A DNA stretch of 64,000 nucleotides from a bacterium (GCA_021816845.1 JAKAWT010000001.1:6087-70086); one strand, 5' to 3'. Positions 40,159 to 50,809 are shown, numbered from the stretch's first letter. Notes: generated from the letters alone by a model not told the origin. Translations and numbers: made by a program.

Positions 40159-41349
40159 TTATAGAGTTGAATACAAAGTACTATCATCTGATCCTAGAAT
40201 AACTATTATATTCCCAGTATAAAAAGATGGGTTGTGTTTAATTAATTTTACATTACTTGGACCTAAAATATCTATTATCTGATTCACTTCATATTTATAT
40301 TGAGAATAATTGCCAACATATATCTCATCTTTTGTTAGTGTTTGATTATATATACCTATAGATGATATTGTACCTCCAAGGTTTTGTATATATCTTGAAA
40401 ACTGATATACTGCATTATTTGATGAGGAAGAATCTAATATTTGTACTGAAACGCCACTCTTTGCAAATGTTGTACTTGTAAAATTAGACCTTATAAATGC
40501 ATCAATATTTTTTAAATTAATCAAACCACTAGCCTTATATTCTAATAAATTAATATTTTGAATTTTGAGTTTATATATAGCATATAGTAGATTAAATATA
40601 TTTTGACCTTCTATATTAGATCTGAAAATAGTTTGTATATATCCTATATCTGAACTAGTATTAAGCAAACTTAAAGGTGATAGTATATTTGATAAAATAC
40701 CTTGAAAAATAAGATTTTTAATATACAGATTATCAAATGTATCTGATTTTGAAGATAGTATTATTATTGCTTGGCCTGCAGTTAATGTATTTTCTCCATC
40801 ATTTATTGGAACACCGTCAATATTAGTACTTAAAGATGACACTATGGATATATTTCTAGTTCCTAGTAAAGAACTAGAACTTAGTGATATATATCCATCT
40901 ATTGGTATTGCTAAATTATATCTTATAACTTTTAAAAGAAGATTCATGCCATCTTTTGGAGCATTTAAATTTCCAATTGGATAAATAGTTCTTAAAGTCT
41001 GATTTGATGAGAGAGAAGTATAAAAGTTCATATTAGATGGTAAAGCCATCAAAGTTGTAGATGTTCCAGGAGTAACAGTTAGGATAGCATTATATGTATT
41101 AACGGTGAATCCATTATCTTTAGATTCATAAACAATGAGTATACTGGTGGTGTTATTAGATGATACTGTAGCTAGTCCACCACTATATCCAGAATCTCCA
41201 TTAATAGTTATATTATTTAATCTTGTAACATTAGAAAACAAGAAATAAATAATATATAAGAATATTATAATAGCAATTATTATTATAAGGTGACTTGATT
41301 TTCTTCTCTTTTTATAGGCTTGCATAGTATTTATATAAAACATTAACAT
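40159..41349 (-). CDS. LCP (LytR-CpsA-Psr)-like protein with LytR C-terminal domain, divergent
   Basis: TM anchor, LAIPIDGYI, VSVQILDS, IIVILGSD. Likely ATG at 41325. Confidence 0.65.
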   Translation of the reverse strand: MLMFYINTMQAYKKRRKSSHLIIIIAIIIFLYIIYFLFSNVTRLNNITINGDSGYSGGLATVSSNNTTSILIVYESKDNGFTVNTYNAILTVTPGTSTTLMALPSNMNFYTSLSSNQTLRTIYPIGNLNAPKDGMNLLLKVIRYNLAIPIDGYISLSSSSLLGTRNISIVSSLSTNIDGVPINDGENTLTAGQAIIILSSKSDTFDNLYIKNLIFQGILSNILSPLSLLNTSSDIGYIQTIFRSNIEGQNIFNLLYAIYKLKIQNINLLEYKASGLINLKNIDAFIRSNFTSTTFAKSGVSVQILDSSSSNNAVYQFSRYIQNLGGTISSIGIYNQTLTKDEIYVGNYSQYKYEVNQIIDILGPSNVKLIKHNPSFYTGNIIVILGSDDSTLYSTL

Positions 41350-41390
41350 TAAAAATTTACTTTGTAAAATATTTTTAGTAGAATAAGCTT

Positions 41391-42158
41391 ATGTTTACCA
41401 AGTTTAAATCAATATTTTTCCCTACTAAGGAAAATAAATATCATTCACCAATATTATCCTACAAAGTACTCCTGATTTTTATAGTGTTCTTATCTTTTAT
41501 CAATCTTGCACTCCCCTCTTTTGCATATGGCTCTGGTATAAACAATAGTCAGATATTTATAAGTTTAAATAAGATCAGACAAGATAACAATGAGTCCACA
41601 TTATACATGAACCAAAACTTGGATCTATATGCAAAAAATATAGTTAATAATATGTTTCAATATCAGTATTTTGGAAGAATAAATCCGGTAAAAGGTACAT
41701 CTTTCTATTCATTTGTAAATATGAATAAATTCAGCAATATGAATTTGATTCTATTTAAAAACTATGTCTCACAATCATCATTTTCAAATACACTAATACA
41801 GAATTATAAAAATATTATTACCAGTCCCAATATTAATGATATAGGCATTTATGAAGGCAATGGAGTTTTAAATGGAAATAATGTCAATATTATTGCCATT
41901 CTAACAGCTAAAGGTGTTCCTTCAAATATTATTCCGTTATTTTCTAATAATAATCAAAGTAGTTTTATAAATTATAAAATTATTGAATATACCGATCTTT
42001 TTGTACTACTTTTTATAACATTACTTCTTATCACTGATGTGATAGTTACTTATTATTACAAAATTGAAAGAGAAAAAATGATATCAAATATGCATTTACC
42101 TCTACTTTTTGTATCTATAATAGTTGTATTTGTACTTATAATAGGGATATCTTTATGA
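41391..42158 (+). CDS. CAP/SCP-domain-like membrane protein
   Basis: LNKIRQ...L..N..L...A....NNMFQYQYF, NIITSPNINDIGI; TMs at both ends. Confidence 0.65.
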   Translation: MFTKFKSIFFPTKENKYHSPILSYKVLLIFIVFLSFINLALPSFAYGSGINNSQIFISLNKIRQDNNESTLYMNQNLDLYAKNIVNNMFQYQYFGRINPVKGTSFYSFVNMNKFSNMNLILFKNYVSQSSFSNTLIQNYKNIITSPNINDIGIYEGNGVLNGNNVNIIAILTAKGVPSNIIPLFSNNNQSSFINYKIIEYTDLFVLLFITLLLITDVIVTYYYKIEREKMISNMHLPLLFVSIIVVFVLIIGISL

Positions 42159-42979
42159 AAAATATAATAAGATATGAAATAGAATTTACCACAAGTATAT
42201 TTTTTATACTCTTAGAAATATTATTTTTTGTAATATTGTTATCTTCAATAACTATAGTAGTTGCTTATGTAATACTATCAACAATATTTTTCATCCTTTT
42301 TATAATTGATAGTATAAAAAGATTTAGAAAATATATAAAACAGATTAATTCTGAGGAAGCTAAAAAAATAAATAAAAATATCTATTTGTTTAATCAGATA
42401 ATTTTACCAATTGCAACATATATTGGAACTCTATCTTTTATACTTTTAAACACATTGGACTTATTAACTATCCAATTTTTTATAGTACTATCCACTGCAC
42501 TCTTCTATATTCTTATAAAACATATAGAAGTATATCTTGAAACTTTTGAATTTGATGAGAGAACCCACTATATAATAAATGGAGTCAAAGTATACATTTT
42601 CTTTCTTTTATCATATTCAGTTTTACAAATATCTTCTATTATAAATTTATCTAACCTCCTTGTTCCTGTGTTCATATTTTCTATATCTTTAACTCTACTG
42701 TTATTACTTATACAAAGAAATAAACAATTCCTAAATAGTACTATCTGGTATGCTATATTAATATCATTTGTGATCGGATGCTCTGTATTCTTGATGGATA
42801 TATTTGTTAATAATGCAATAATAACTGCATTCACAATAACTTCTCTCTTTTACTTTTTTGAAGCAATTCTACACCATAAATTAGAGAATAAGCTATCTAA
42901 TGAACTCATAATAGAATATATCCTATTTTTAGTCATTATATTCCTTATAATTAAAGGGTTATTTGGAATTTATGTGTAG
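42155..42979 (+). CDS. Multi-pass membrane protein
   Basis: About 9 TM; coupled to the upstream gene by an ATGA overlap. Confidence 0.75.
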   Translation: MKNIIRYEIEFTTSIFFILLEILFFVILLSSITIVVAYVILSTIFFILFIIDSIKRFRKYIKQINSEEAKKINKNIYLFNQIILPIATYIGTLSFILLNTLDLLTIQFFIVLSTALFYILIKHIEVYLETFEFDERTHYIINGVKVYIFFLLSYSVLQISSIINLSNLLVPVFIFSISLTLLLLLIQRNKQFLNSTIWYAILISFVIGCSVFLMDIFVNNAIITAFTITSLFYFFEAILHHKLENKLSNELIIEYILFLVIIFLIIKGLFGIYV

Positions 42980-42992
42980 AAACTATTTAGAA

Positions 42993-44261
42993 TCAAAATA
43001 CTATTGCAGAAAAGATACCCGATTCTGAATATGTAATACCACCACCCATATATTGTCCAAATGTCAAATTTGGACCAAACCAAGGATCTTGCATTGTACC
43101 TGTAGCACCTAAAGGACCAGTCATGGTAACAAAATGTGTACCAAATTGATTATCATTGGTATATAAACCAACGACTACTGGGGTAGATGGTGATGCATAT
43201 GTATTAATTAAATCTATTGATGATGTATTACCAAAAGATTCTGTTTGTATACCAGGAAAATCACTAAAAATTGCACCGTTACTGTCCCAATATTGAGAAG
43301 AATTTACATCATATGGATTAAATCCTGTATTGCCAATAAGATTTTCAGCTATAATAGCTGCAATTAATGAACAGCCAGCGTTCGAGTAAGTGTATCCAGT
43401 ATTAGCCAGATCAATATTACCCCATGCTGGACACTCTTGTGAATAATATGCACCTATATTACAAGGGGCATTTCCAATTACTCCTGGCGTTCCAGATTGT
43501 AATGCAAGCCTGTCAATTTGGGCAAGTATACTTTGCATCTTGGCTTGAGTTTGAGCATTTTGTGAACTTAAACTATTATTTACATTTGCAAGAGAATTTT
43601 TTTCTTGTTGTAGTGTACTTTGATCAGCAAGTAATGTTTGTTGTTGTGTTTCAAGACTGTTATATAAATTAGTAGCATCCTTCTGATTTAATGCTACTGT
43701 AGCTTTATTCGAATTAAGTCTTGAAATTATAACAATTAATTCTTGCGCTAACTGATTCTGATGTTGGATTGATGCATTAAAATATTCAACTGATGCAAGA
43801 GCGTTATTTATATTAGGGTTACCTATAAACATTTCTGCAGGAGGAATATATGTTTGCTCATATCCAGATTTAGCATTACTATTTATTTTACCCTTTATAA
43901 CAAGAATTTTTGATTGTTCTTGGGCAATTTGTATATTTAGCTGAGCAATTTGATTATTTAACTGATTTATCTGTACTTGTTCATTAGAAATGAGTGCCTG
44001 TTTTTGTAAGATCAATTGCTGATAAGTATTAATCTGTGGTATAAGATTTGCAATTGCTCCGTTATTAGCATTGATTTTTGATTGATTCTGATTTATTAAA
44101 CCTTCTAACTGTTGATATTGTTGTTGCAAGGAATTTAGAGAATCACCAGCACCTACAGTATGAGGACTAGTAATTAATAGGGTAGAAAAAAATGATAGTG
44201 TTATAATTGAAAATAAAACTATCCTAAAAGACTTATTTTTATACAACTTAAATATTCTCAT
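42993..44261 (-). CDS. Secreted coiled-coil protein with C39-like cysteine peptidase domain (PcsB/CwlO-like architecture)
   Basis: Signal peptide, long Q-rich coiled coil, YSQ..W, AGC, HFV, QDP; downstream of ftsEX. Confidence 0.75.
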   Translation of the reverse strand: MRIFKLYKNKSFRIVLFSIITLSFFSTLLITSPHTVGAGDSLNSLQQQYQQLEGLINQNQSKINANNGAIANLIPQINTYQQLILQKQALISNEQVQINQLNNQIAQLNIQIAQEQSKILVIKGKINSNAKSGYEQTYIPPAEMFIGNPNINNALASVEYFNASIQHQNQLAQELIVIISRLNSNKATVALNQKDATNLYNSLETQQQTLLADQSTLQQEKNSLANVNNSLSSQNAQTQAKMQSILAQIDRLALQSGTPGVIGNAPCNIGAYYSQECPAWGNIDLANTGYTYSNAGCSLIAAIIAENLIGNTGFNPYDVNSSQYWDSNGAIFSDFPGIQTESFGNTSSIDLINTYASPSTPVVVGLYTNDNQFGTHFVTMTGPLGATGTMQDPWFGPNLTFGQYMGGGITYSESGIFSAIVF

Positions 44262-44358
44262 ACTTATATATTGACACGAATAAATATAGCATTATATAAG
44301 ATTTTTTACAAACACAACAATAAGAATACTAACACTATAGTATTTTAAAGAGGTCTAT

Positions 44359-45279
44359 TTATTTTAAATATTTTGTAATAGAGATAGAGGAAGCTATAGC
44401 TCCTATCACTATACCTATAAGAGCCTCTACACCAACTACCTCTAAAACTAGAAACAAAGAATAATGTGGGAGTGGAACTCCTTGAAAAAATTGTTCTAGT
44501 GGAAACAAGATGGTAGCTCTATAATAAGTACTTATAATAATAAATATTAGGTATAAAACAATACTAGAAATAAAAACTCCTAAAACTCCATACAAGGCTC
44601 CCTCCATTATAAAAGGCCCTACTACATATGTAGTAGATGCACCCACTAATTTCATAATTTCAATATCCTCAGAATGTGAATTTATTGTTATAGCTATAGT
44701 TATGATTATAATAACAAATGCTATAATACTAAGGAATATTATAAGCCCCAGACCAACATCACTTATTACTGATACTGCCTGCTTTAGAAACTGTACAACA
44801 TTTTTAAAATATAGTATGTTATCAATCTCTCCATGGCTATTTTTCTTTAATTTATATAAAGTATTTGCAACATCCTGAAGATTAGAAAGATTTTGGGTAC
44901 TAACTTCAAAAGATGGTGGTAAAGCATTCATATCTACTGATTTTGCTAAAGTAGGATTCTGGGTTTTTAATAATTTTACAAACCTTTGATACGCAACTTC
45001 TTTTGATATGAATTTGATTGATGTAACCTTCCCAGTATCTTCTATATTAGTCTTTACCTGGGATATGTAAGTTTGAGATGCTTGTGGGTTAAAGAATACA
45101 ATAATTTGAGATTTTGATTCATAATAGTGAAGAATAACATTCACAGAATAAAGAGTAAATATGAATATAGATATAACAAAGAACGTTAGCGTCATTATTG
45201 CAACAGAAGAGAATGATAACCATCCATTTCTTCTTATATGTTCATACGTATATTTTATTAATCTCCTAACTTTTATCAT
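44359..45279 (-). CDS. ftsX: Cell division permease FtsX
   Basis: IRRNGWLS, FISKEVA, IEIMKLVGAS...PFIMEG. Confidence 0.93.
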   Translation of the reverse strand: MIKVRRLIKYTYEHIRRNGWLSFSSVAIMTLTFFVISIFIFTLYSVNVILHYYESKSQIIVFFNPQASQTYISQVKTNIEDTGKVTSIKFISKEVAYQRFVKLLKTQNPTLAKSVDMNALPPSFEVSTQNLSNLQDVANTLYKLKKNSHGEIDNILYFKNVVQFLKQAVSVISDVGLGLIIFLSIIAFVIIIITIAITINSHSEDIEIMKLVGASTTYVVGPFIMEGALYGVLGVFISSIVLYLIFIIISTYYRATILFPLEQFFQGVPLPHYSLFLVLEVVGVEALIGIVIGAIASSISITKYLK

Positions 45280-45950
45280 TCGTTATAACCTCCCATAGAA
45301 TCTCTAACAATTTTACCTTCATCCAGAGAGATTACTCTCTTTTGCAGTGAATTGACTATATCAGAAGCATGTGTTGCCATTAGGATCGTAGTACCCCAAT
45401 TATTTATTTTATTTAAAAGTTGTACTATATCCCATGAAACATTAGGATCCAAATTTCCAGTAGGTTCATCTGCAATCAATATATGTGGGTTGTTTACCAT
45501 TGCTCTTGCTATAGCAATCCTTTGTTTCTCTCCTCCTGATAACTGGTGAGGGAATGACCTGGATTTTGCTGAAAGTCCAACAAGATCCAACATATAATTA
45601 ACGGCCTTTTTTATTTCTCTATTAGAAAAATCAGAAACCTCCATAGCAAAAGCTACATTTTCAAATGCAGTTTTCCTAGGTAATAGTTTGAAATCCTGAA
45701 AAACAACCCCAATTTCACGACGTAGATGTGGGAGAGCTTTACGGGACAATTGCTCTATATCATATCCAGCAAAATGTATACTACCGGATGTTGGAGTCTC
45801 TTCTCTTATTAAAAGTTTTACTAAAGTACTCTTTCCAGCTCCAGAGTGACCAACTAGAAAAACAAATTCTCCTTCTTCAATATGAAAATTTATATCATCA
45901 AGAGCAACTCTATTACCATATTTTTTTGAAACATCTTTGAATGTAAGCAT
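45276..45950 (-). CDS. ftsE: Cell division ATP-binding protein FtsE
   Basis: GHSGAGKS, VFQDFKLL, LSGGEKQR, ADEPTGNLDP. Confidence 0.95.
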   Translation of the reverse strand: MLTFKDVSKKYGNRVALDDINFHIEEGEFVFLVGHSGAGKSTLVKLLIREETPTSGSIHFAGYDIEQLSRKALPHLRREIGVVFQDFKLLPRKTAFENVAFAMEVSDFSNREIKKAVNYMLDLVGLSAKSRSFPHQLSGGEKQRIAIARAMVNNPHILIADEPTGNLDPNVSWDIVQLLNKINNWGTTILMATHASDIVNSLQKRVISLDEGKIVRDSMGGYNE

Positions 45951-46003
45951 ACTACATATTACAGGATATAATAAAAATCATCAATTTTCAAATGCCTATG
46001 AAG

Positions 46004-47077
46004 TTATAATTTAATCTCTTCAAAAATAAACATATCTAAATCTCCTCCTAACACAGCTTCTGTATTAGTTGTTTCCATCTTTGTACGCAAATCCTTGACA
46101 AGTTTATATGGATTTAGAACGTAATTCCTTATCTGGTTTCCCCACATAGCAACTTTGTGTTCGCCTTTAAGGTCAGACATTTCTTTTTGTTTTTTTTCCT
46201 CACCAAGCTTAAAAAGTTGTGCCTTTAATTTTCTCATAGCATACTCTCTGTTTTGCACTTGAGTTCTTTCTGATCCAGCAGAAACTACTATGCCAGTTGG
46301 TATATGTTTTATAATAACCTTGGAATTAACTTTATTAACGTTCTGCCCACCAGGGCCACCACTTCGTGTAGTTTGGAATTCTAAATCATCATTTTTTATT
46401 TCTATCTCATCATCATCTTCTATAATAGGCATAACCTCAACTAGAGCAAAAGATGTCTGTCTTAATCCTTGAGCATTAAAAGGAGATACACGCACTAATC
46501 TATGAGTACCACTCTCTCTTTTTAGATATCCATAAGCATAAATGCCATTTACTTCCATACTAACGCTAGATATCCCAGCTTCATTACCAGAAAGAATATC
46601 AGTAATTTCATATTTCCATCCTTTTTTATTAAAATATCTTGTATACATCCTAAATAACATATCTGTCCAATCCATAGCCTCTGTACCGCCTTGACCAGCA
46701 TGTATAGAGAAAATAGCTCCAGCCTTATCATATTTAGATGATAAGTACGTGCTTAGTTCCATTTCATCACACTCTTTTTTAATTTTTTCTATCTCTTTTG
46801 TAATTTCAATATAATCTTCTTCCTTAGATAACAAAAAGAGTTCATCAATATATTTTATCTTCTCCTCAAGGTCTAGAATTTTATTAACTTCACCTTGGTT
46901 AAAGGTTAATTCTTTTGCTATTTTAGTAGCATTCAAACTATCTTCCCAAAAACCTTCAGTAGAACTCTCTATTTCAAGTTCCTCTATCCTTTTCTCTAAA
47001 GCGGGTATATTTATTTTATCCCGTATATTTTTTATCCTTTCAGTTAATATGGATATTTGTTCTTTTATATCATTCAT
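46004..47077 (-). CDS. prfB: Peptide chain release factor 2 (no programmed frameshift)
   Basis: GGTEAMDW, HRLVRVSPF, GGPGGQNVNK, WGNQIRNY; continuous 357-codon ORF. Confidence 0.96.
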   Translation of the reverse strand: MNDIKEQISILTERIKNIRDKINIPALEKRIEELEIESSTEGFWEDSLNATKIAKELTFNQGEVNKILDLEEKIKYIDELFLLSKEEDYIEITKEIEKIKKECDEMELSTYLSSKYDKAGAIFSIHAGQGGTEAMDWTDMLFRMYTRYFNKKGWKYEITDILSGNEAGISSVSMEVNGIYAYGYLKRESGTHRLVRVSPFNAQGLRQTSFALVEVMPIIEDDDEIEIKNDDLEFQTTRSGGPGGQNVNKVNSKVIIKHIPTGIVVSAGSERTQVQNREYAMRKLKAQLFKLGEEKKQKEMSDLKGEHKVAMWGNQIRNYVLNPYKLVKDLRTKMETTNTEAVLGGDLDMFIFEEIKL

Positions 47078-47487
47078 CAGGATTCTTTCAATTTCAGTAT
47101 TTCTTTTACTTCATCAAGTACTTGTTGGGGGTTTTGATAAGATTTTATTAGGTATCCAGAAGCCTGTCTAGCAAATCCTTCTTTTATAGTAGTTTCATCA
47201 GAAAGATTAGTTAACAGTATTACAGGAATATTCATTGTAGACGGAGATGTTTTAAGCTCTTTTAGTACATCTAACCCATTAATACCTGGGAGCATTATAT
47301 CAAGAACTATAATATTTGGTTTCTCATTTTTTGCTAGTATTAAACCATCCTCTCCATTATATGCATTAACAACAGAAAATGAGTCGTTTTCAAATATTCT
47401 TGAATAAATAAATGCTAGATCCACATCATCCTCAACAAACAGTACTTTAATTTTATTTCTAGAATTCATACTATCTACATTATACAT
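47077..47487 (-). CDS. Single-domain response regulator
   Basis: FVEDD, LDIMLPGING, LLTN, YLIK. Confidence 0.92.
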   Translation of the reverse strand: MYNVDSMNSRNKIKVLFVEDDVDLAFIYSRIFENDSFSVVNAYNGEDGLILAKNEKPNIIVLDIMLPGINGLDVLKELKTSPSTMNIPVILLTNLSDETTIKEGFARQASGYLIKSYQNPQQVLDEVKEILKLKES

Positions 47488-47551
47488 ATTGCATGTAAAA
47501 ATTAAAGCTCACTACGAAAGCTATTGATTTTTTTTATATTGCAAGTATACT

Positions 47552-47992
47552 ATGAGATATGATATACTCCATTTTCTTATGATAGAGCAAGAACCAACAG
47601 AAAACACAGAAATACTAGATCCTCGAAAGGTTGAAGAGGAATTATATATAAAGATGAGAGGATTCAATTCCCATCTTCATGCCAGGTTAGAATCAGTTGA
47701 CATGGGGACTATAAAATGTAACTATGTATATTCTGATGAAAGGGATAGTGTATTACCTCATGAAAAAACAATATTTGTAGATCCTGAGAATGACGAAATA
47801 TTAAGAACAGATTATATTGGTGATAAATTAAAAGTTACCGTATGGTTCAATGCTAAAACCAGAAGAAATTCTAGTATAATACAGTTTGAAAACCCTATTA
47901 TAACTTTATTTTCACCCGAAGAAGATATGGATTATGTTTCATATTTACCACTGAAAGACAAATTTATAAGGACAATTATTCCAAAAAGATAA
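47552..47992 (+). CDS. Hypothetical acidic protein (tandem family member 1)
   Basis: Open ORF with typical codon usage; weak C-terminal similarity to the next two genes. Confidence 0.65.
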   Translation: MRYDILHFLMIEQEPTENTEILDPRKVEEELYIKMRGFNSHLHARLESVDMGTIKCNYVYSDERDSVLPHEKTIFVDPENDEILRTDYIGDKLKVTVWFNAKTRRNSSIIQFENPIITLFSPEEDMDYVSYLPLKDKFIRTIIPKR

Positions 47993-48027
47993 ATTTTAGA
48001 TTTAGATTATTTTAGTTTTTTAATATT

Positions 48028-48429
48028 ATGTTAGAACAATTCACATTTACTGAACAACCACAAAATATGTTACTTACAGCAGAGGACACAGAGAGAGATA
48101 TCAAAGAGACATTAAAAGGTATTTCTTTTATGGAAGATGTAAGAGTAATTATTAAAACCAAAGAAAAACAACAGCTTTCAGTTAATGGTGAAGAATATGG
48201 ACCATTCGAAATAGAAAATGATATGTATCCAAAAAACGAAACAATCAAAATAACAGTAGAAAATGGCCAAACTATTGTTTCACTAAAGGCTAGACATCCA
48301 GGTAATTATGTTATATCTATAAAAGATCCAGAAACAATAACAATACATGATAAAAATATGGACTTGATAAGGGGATATATTCATACAACTGAAGGACATT
48401 TTCAATTAATGGAAATTTTAACTTATTAA
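48028..48429 (+). CDS. Hypothetical acidic protein (tandem family member 2)
   Basis: Aligns by eye with 48434..48823. Confidence 0.7.
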   Translation: MLEQFTFTEQPQNMLLTAEDTERDIKETLKGISFMEDVRVIIKTKEKQQLSVNGEEYGPFEIENDMYPKNETIKITVENGQTIVSLKARHPGNYVISIKDPETITIHDKNMDLIRGYIHTTEGHFQLMEILTY

Positions 48430-48433
48430 ATAT

Positions 48434-48823
48434 ATGGGAGAAACTGAGACAATATTCGAACAACAAGAACAATATGAAGATCTAAAACCAGAAGATATAT
48501 ATCCCTATTTAAAAGGTATCTTGGATACCAAAGAAAAAGCATTTATAAAGATTAAAGGAGATGGAGAACCAGCATATATTAATGGTCATCCAACATTTGA
48601 CATGGATAGAGATGTATTTCTTGTATTAGTTGATAATAACACAGAGAATTCTCCCTCTATAAAGATTGCTATAGAAAAAGTATACCTACATAATACTAGG
48701 CCAAATATTCATATTATTGTTAACAATTTAGATGAGATAGTTATATATACAATGGATGGACAAACAAAAACAAGAAGGTATAAGAAAGATAAAGAAGGGG
48801 TATTCAGAGTTTCTATTGACTAG
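48434..48823 (+). CDS. Hypothetical acidic protein (tandem family member 3)
   Basis: Aligns by eye with 48028..48429. Confidence 0.7.
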   Translation: MGETETIFEQQEQYEDLKPEDIYPYLKGILDTKEKAFIKIKGDGEPAYINGHPTFDMDRDVFLVLVDNNTENSPSIKIAIEKVYLHNTRPNIHIIVNNLDEIVIYTMDGQTKTRRYKKDKEGVFRVSID

Positions 48824-48898
48824 ATATTAAGAACAAATATTTGTTTTTTACCCAAATTAGGTATAGAATTACTTCATTAATATAAACTTAAATAACAT

Positions 48899-49822
48899 AT
48901 GCAAGAGAGCATGCCCGGGAGATCTCCGGCAAGTCCATTAGCTTCAGTTCTATTTCTACTAATTATAGTTGTTGGATTTTTTATTGGACTTCCTTTATTC
49001 TCATCAAATTTTCAACTTGCGGTAACATTATGGGTAATATTTTTCTTGCTTGCACTTTTAGTCTCAATATCTGTACATACAGCAGCAGAATGGGATAGAG
49101 CAACAGTTTTAAGATTAGGAAAATTTGCTCGAATATCTGGACCAGGGATATTTTTTATAATACCTGTTTTTGAAACTATTCCATATTGGATAGATTTAAG
49201 GACAATGTCAGTACCAATCAAGGCGGAACAGACATTAACCAAGGATAGTGTTCCAGTATCAGTTGAAGCAATTTTGTTCTTTAGAGTTATCAACGCAAAA
49301 ATGGCATCTCTAGCCGTTGCAGACTATTACAACTCAGGAATCCTTGCAGCACAAACTGCACTAAGAGATATTATAGGTAAGAGTGAATTATCCACCGTAC
49401 TATCAGAAAGAGAAAATATTGACGAGGCATTGAAAGTAGTCATAAGTAAAAGGGTAAGTCCTTGGGGTATTGAAGTTATATCTGTAGAAATGAGAGATGT
49501 TATTATTCCAGAGAATCTTCAAAATGCAATGAGTCAAAAAGCACAATCAGAAAGAGAAAGAGAATCTAGAGTAATCCTTGGTGATTCAGAAAGAATAATT
49601 GCAGATAGCTTCAGACAAGCAGCAGAAAAATACAGAGATAACCCTATGGCATTACATTTAAGAGCTATGAATATGCTATTTGAAGGTTTGAAAGAAAAAG
49701 GAGCGTTGATGATAGTCCCATCTTCGGCCCTAGATTCAATGAATCTAGGTACTCTATCTGGGCTTGCATCTTTAGGTGGTGAAAGATTAAATCAAGATAA
49801 ACCAAAGAATCCAAAAAAATAA
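48899..49822 (+). CDS. SPFH/band 7 stomatin-like (slipin) protein
   Basis: VLRLGKF..GPG, TLTKDSVPV, AQTALRDIIG, AQSERE. Confidence 0.92.
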   Translation: MQESMPGRSPASPLASVLFLLIIVVGFFIGLPLFSSNFQLAVTLWVIFFLLALLVSISVHTAAEWDRATVLRLGKFARISGPGIFFIIPVFETIPYWIDLRTMSVPIKAEQTLTKDSVPVSVEAILFFRVINAKMASLAVADYYNSGILAAQTALRDIIGKSELSTVLSERENIDEALKVVISKRVSPWGIEVISVEMRDVIIPENLQNAMSQKAQSERERESRVILGDSERIIADSFRQAAEKYRDNPMALHLRAMNMLFEGLKEKGALMIVPSSALDSMNLGTLSGLASLGGERLNQDKPKNPKK

Positions 49823-49849
49823 TCTCAATATTTATCCATAAGAACTCTC

Positions 49850-50701
49850 ATGAAAAAAATCGTAATTGTAGGAGGAACAGCCTCTGGTAAAACTAGTTTA
49901 GCATATAATATTGCAAAAACTTTTGATGGCGAAATCATATCTTCTGACTCAAGACAAGTGTATAAATACCTTGATATAGGGTCATCTAAAGAAAGATTTA
50001 AAGATATAAAAACACACCTTATAGATATCATAAACCCAGATCAAAGATATTCTGCATTTTTATTTAAACAAGATGCAAAAAAAATAATAAAAGATATCGA
50101 GCTAAAAGGTAAAATCCCTATAATAGTTGGAGGTACTGGGCTTTATACAAAAGCACTTGTATATAATCTTTCTTTAGGCAAAAGTCCTAATTTTAAACTT
50201 AGAAAGGAACTTAAAAATAAAACAAAAGAAGAATTACAAAATACATTATATTCTATAAACCCAAGATTTAAAGAAATATTAAATAATTCAGATATAAATA
50301 ATAAAGTAAGATTAATAAGATATATAGAGAAAGGTGAAATAACAAAAGATCAATTTAAAAATAAAGAATATTTGCAAGTACAAATAAACATAGACAAAGA
50401 AGAAGTAATAAAAAGAATAAAAAATAGAACTGACAATATGATTGAGTCTGGCATCATTGATGAAACTTTAAATGTATTAAAACTAGGTTACAAAAAAGAT
50501 GATCCGGGACTTTGTATGATAGGATACAAAGAGTCCATAGAATTTATTGAAAATAAGATAAATCAACAGGAATTGATTGAGAAAATTAACAAAAATACAA
50601 TCAATTTATTAAAAAGACAAATAACATATTTTAGGAATGATAAAAATATCCATACTCTAGATAGTGATAAAATATTAGATTTTATAAAAACTACCATCTA
50701 A
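49850..50701 (+). CDS. miaA: tRNA dimethylallyltransferase
   Basis: GGTASGKT, DSRQVY, VGGTGLY, IGYKE, KRQITYF. Confidence 0.95.
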   Translation: MKKIVIVGGTASGKTSLAYNIAKTFDGEIISSDSRQVYKYLDIGSSKERFKDIKTHLIDIINPDQRYSAFLFKQDAKKIIKDIELKGKIPIIVGGTGLYTKALVYNLSLGKSPNFKLRKELKNKTKEELQNTLYSINPRFKEILNNSDINNKVRLIRYIEKGEITKDQFKNKEYLQVQINIDKEEVIKRIKNRTDNMIESGIIDETLNVLKLGYKKDDPGLCMIGYKESIEFIENKINQQELIEKINKNTINLLKRQITYFRNDKNIHTLDSDKILDFIKTTI

Positions 50702-50809
50702 TTGAAAATCTGAACTACATAGTATATACTATGCCAGTCCTCATAAAATGATGCAATTGATATTGGACATTCCAGTATCCATCTTAATGAGAAAGCAAGG
50801 GAGTCCTTT

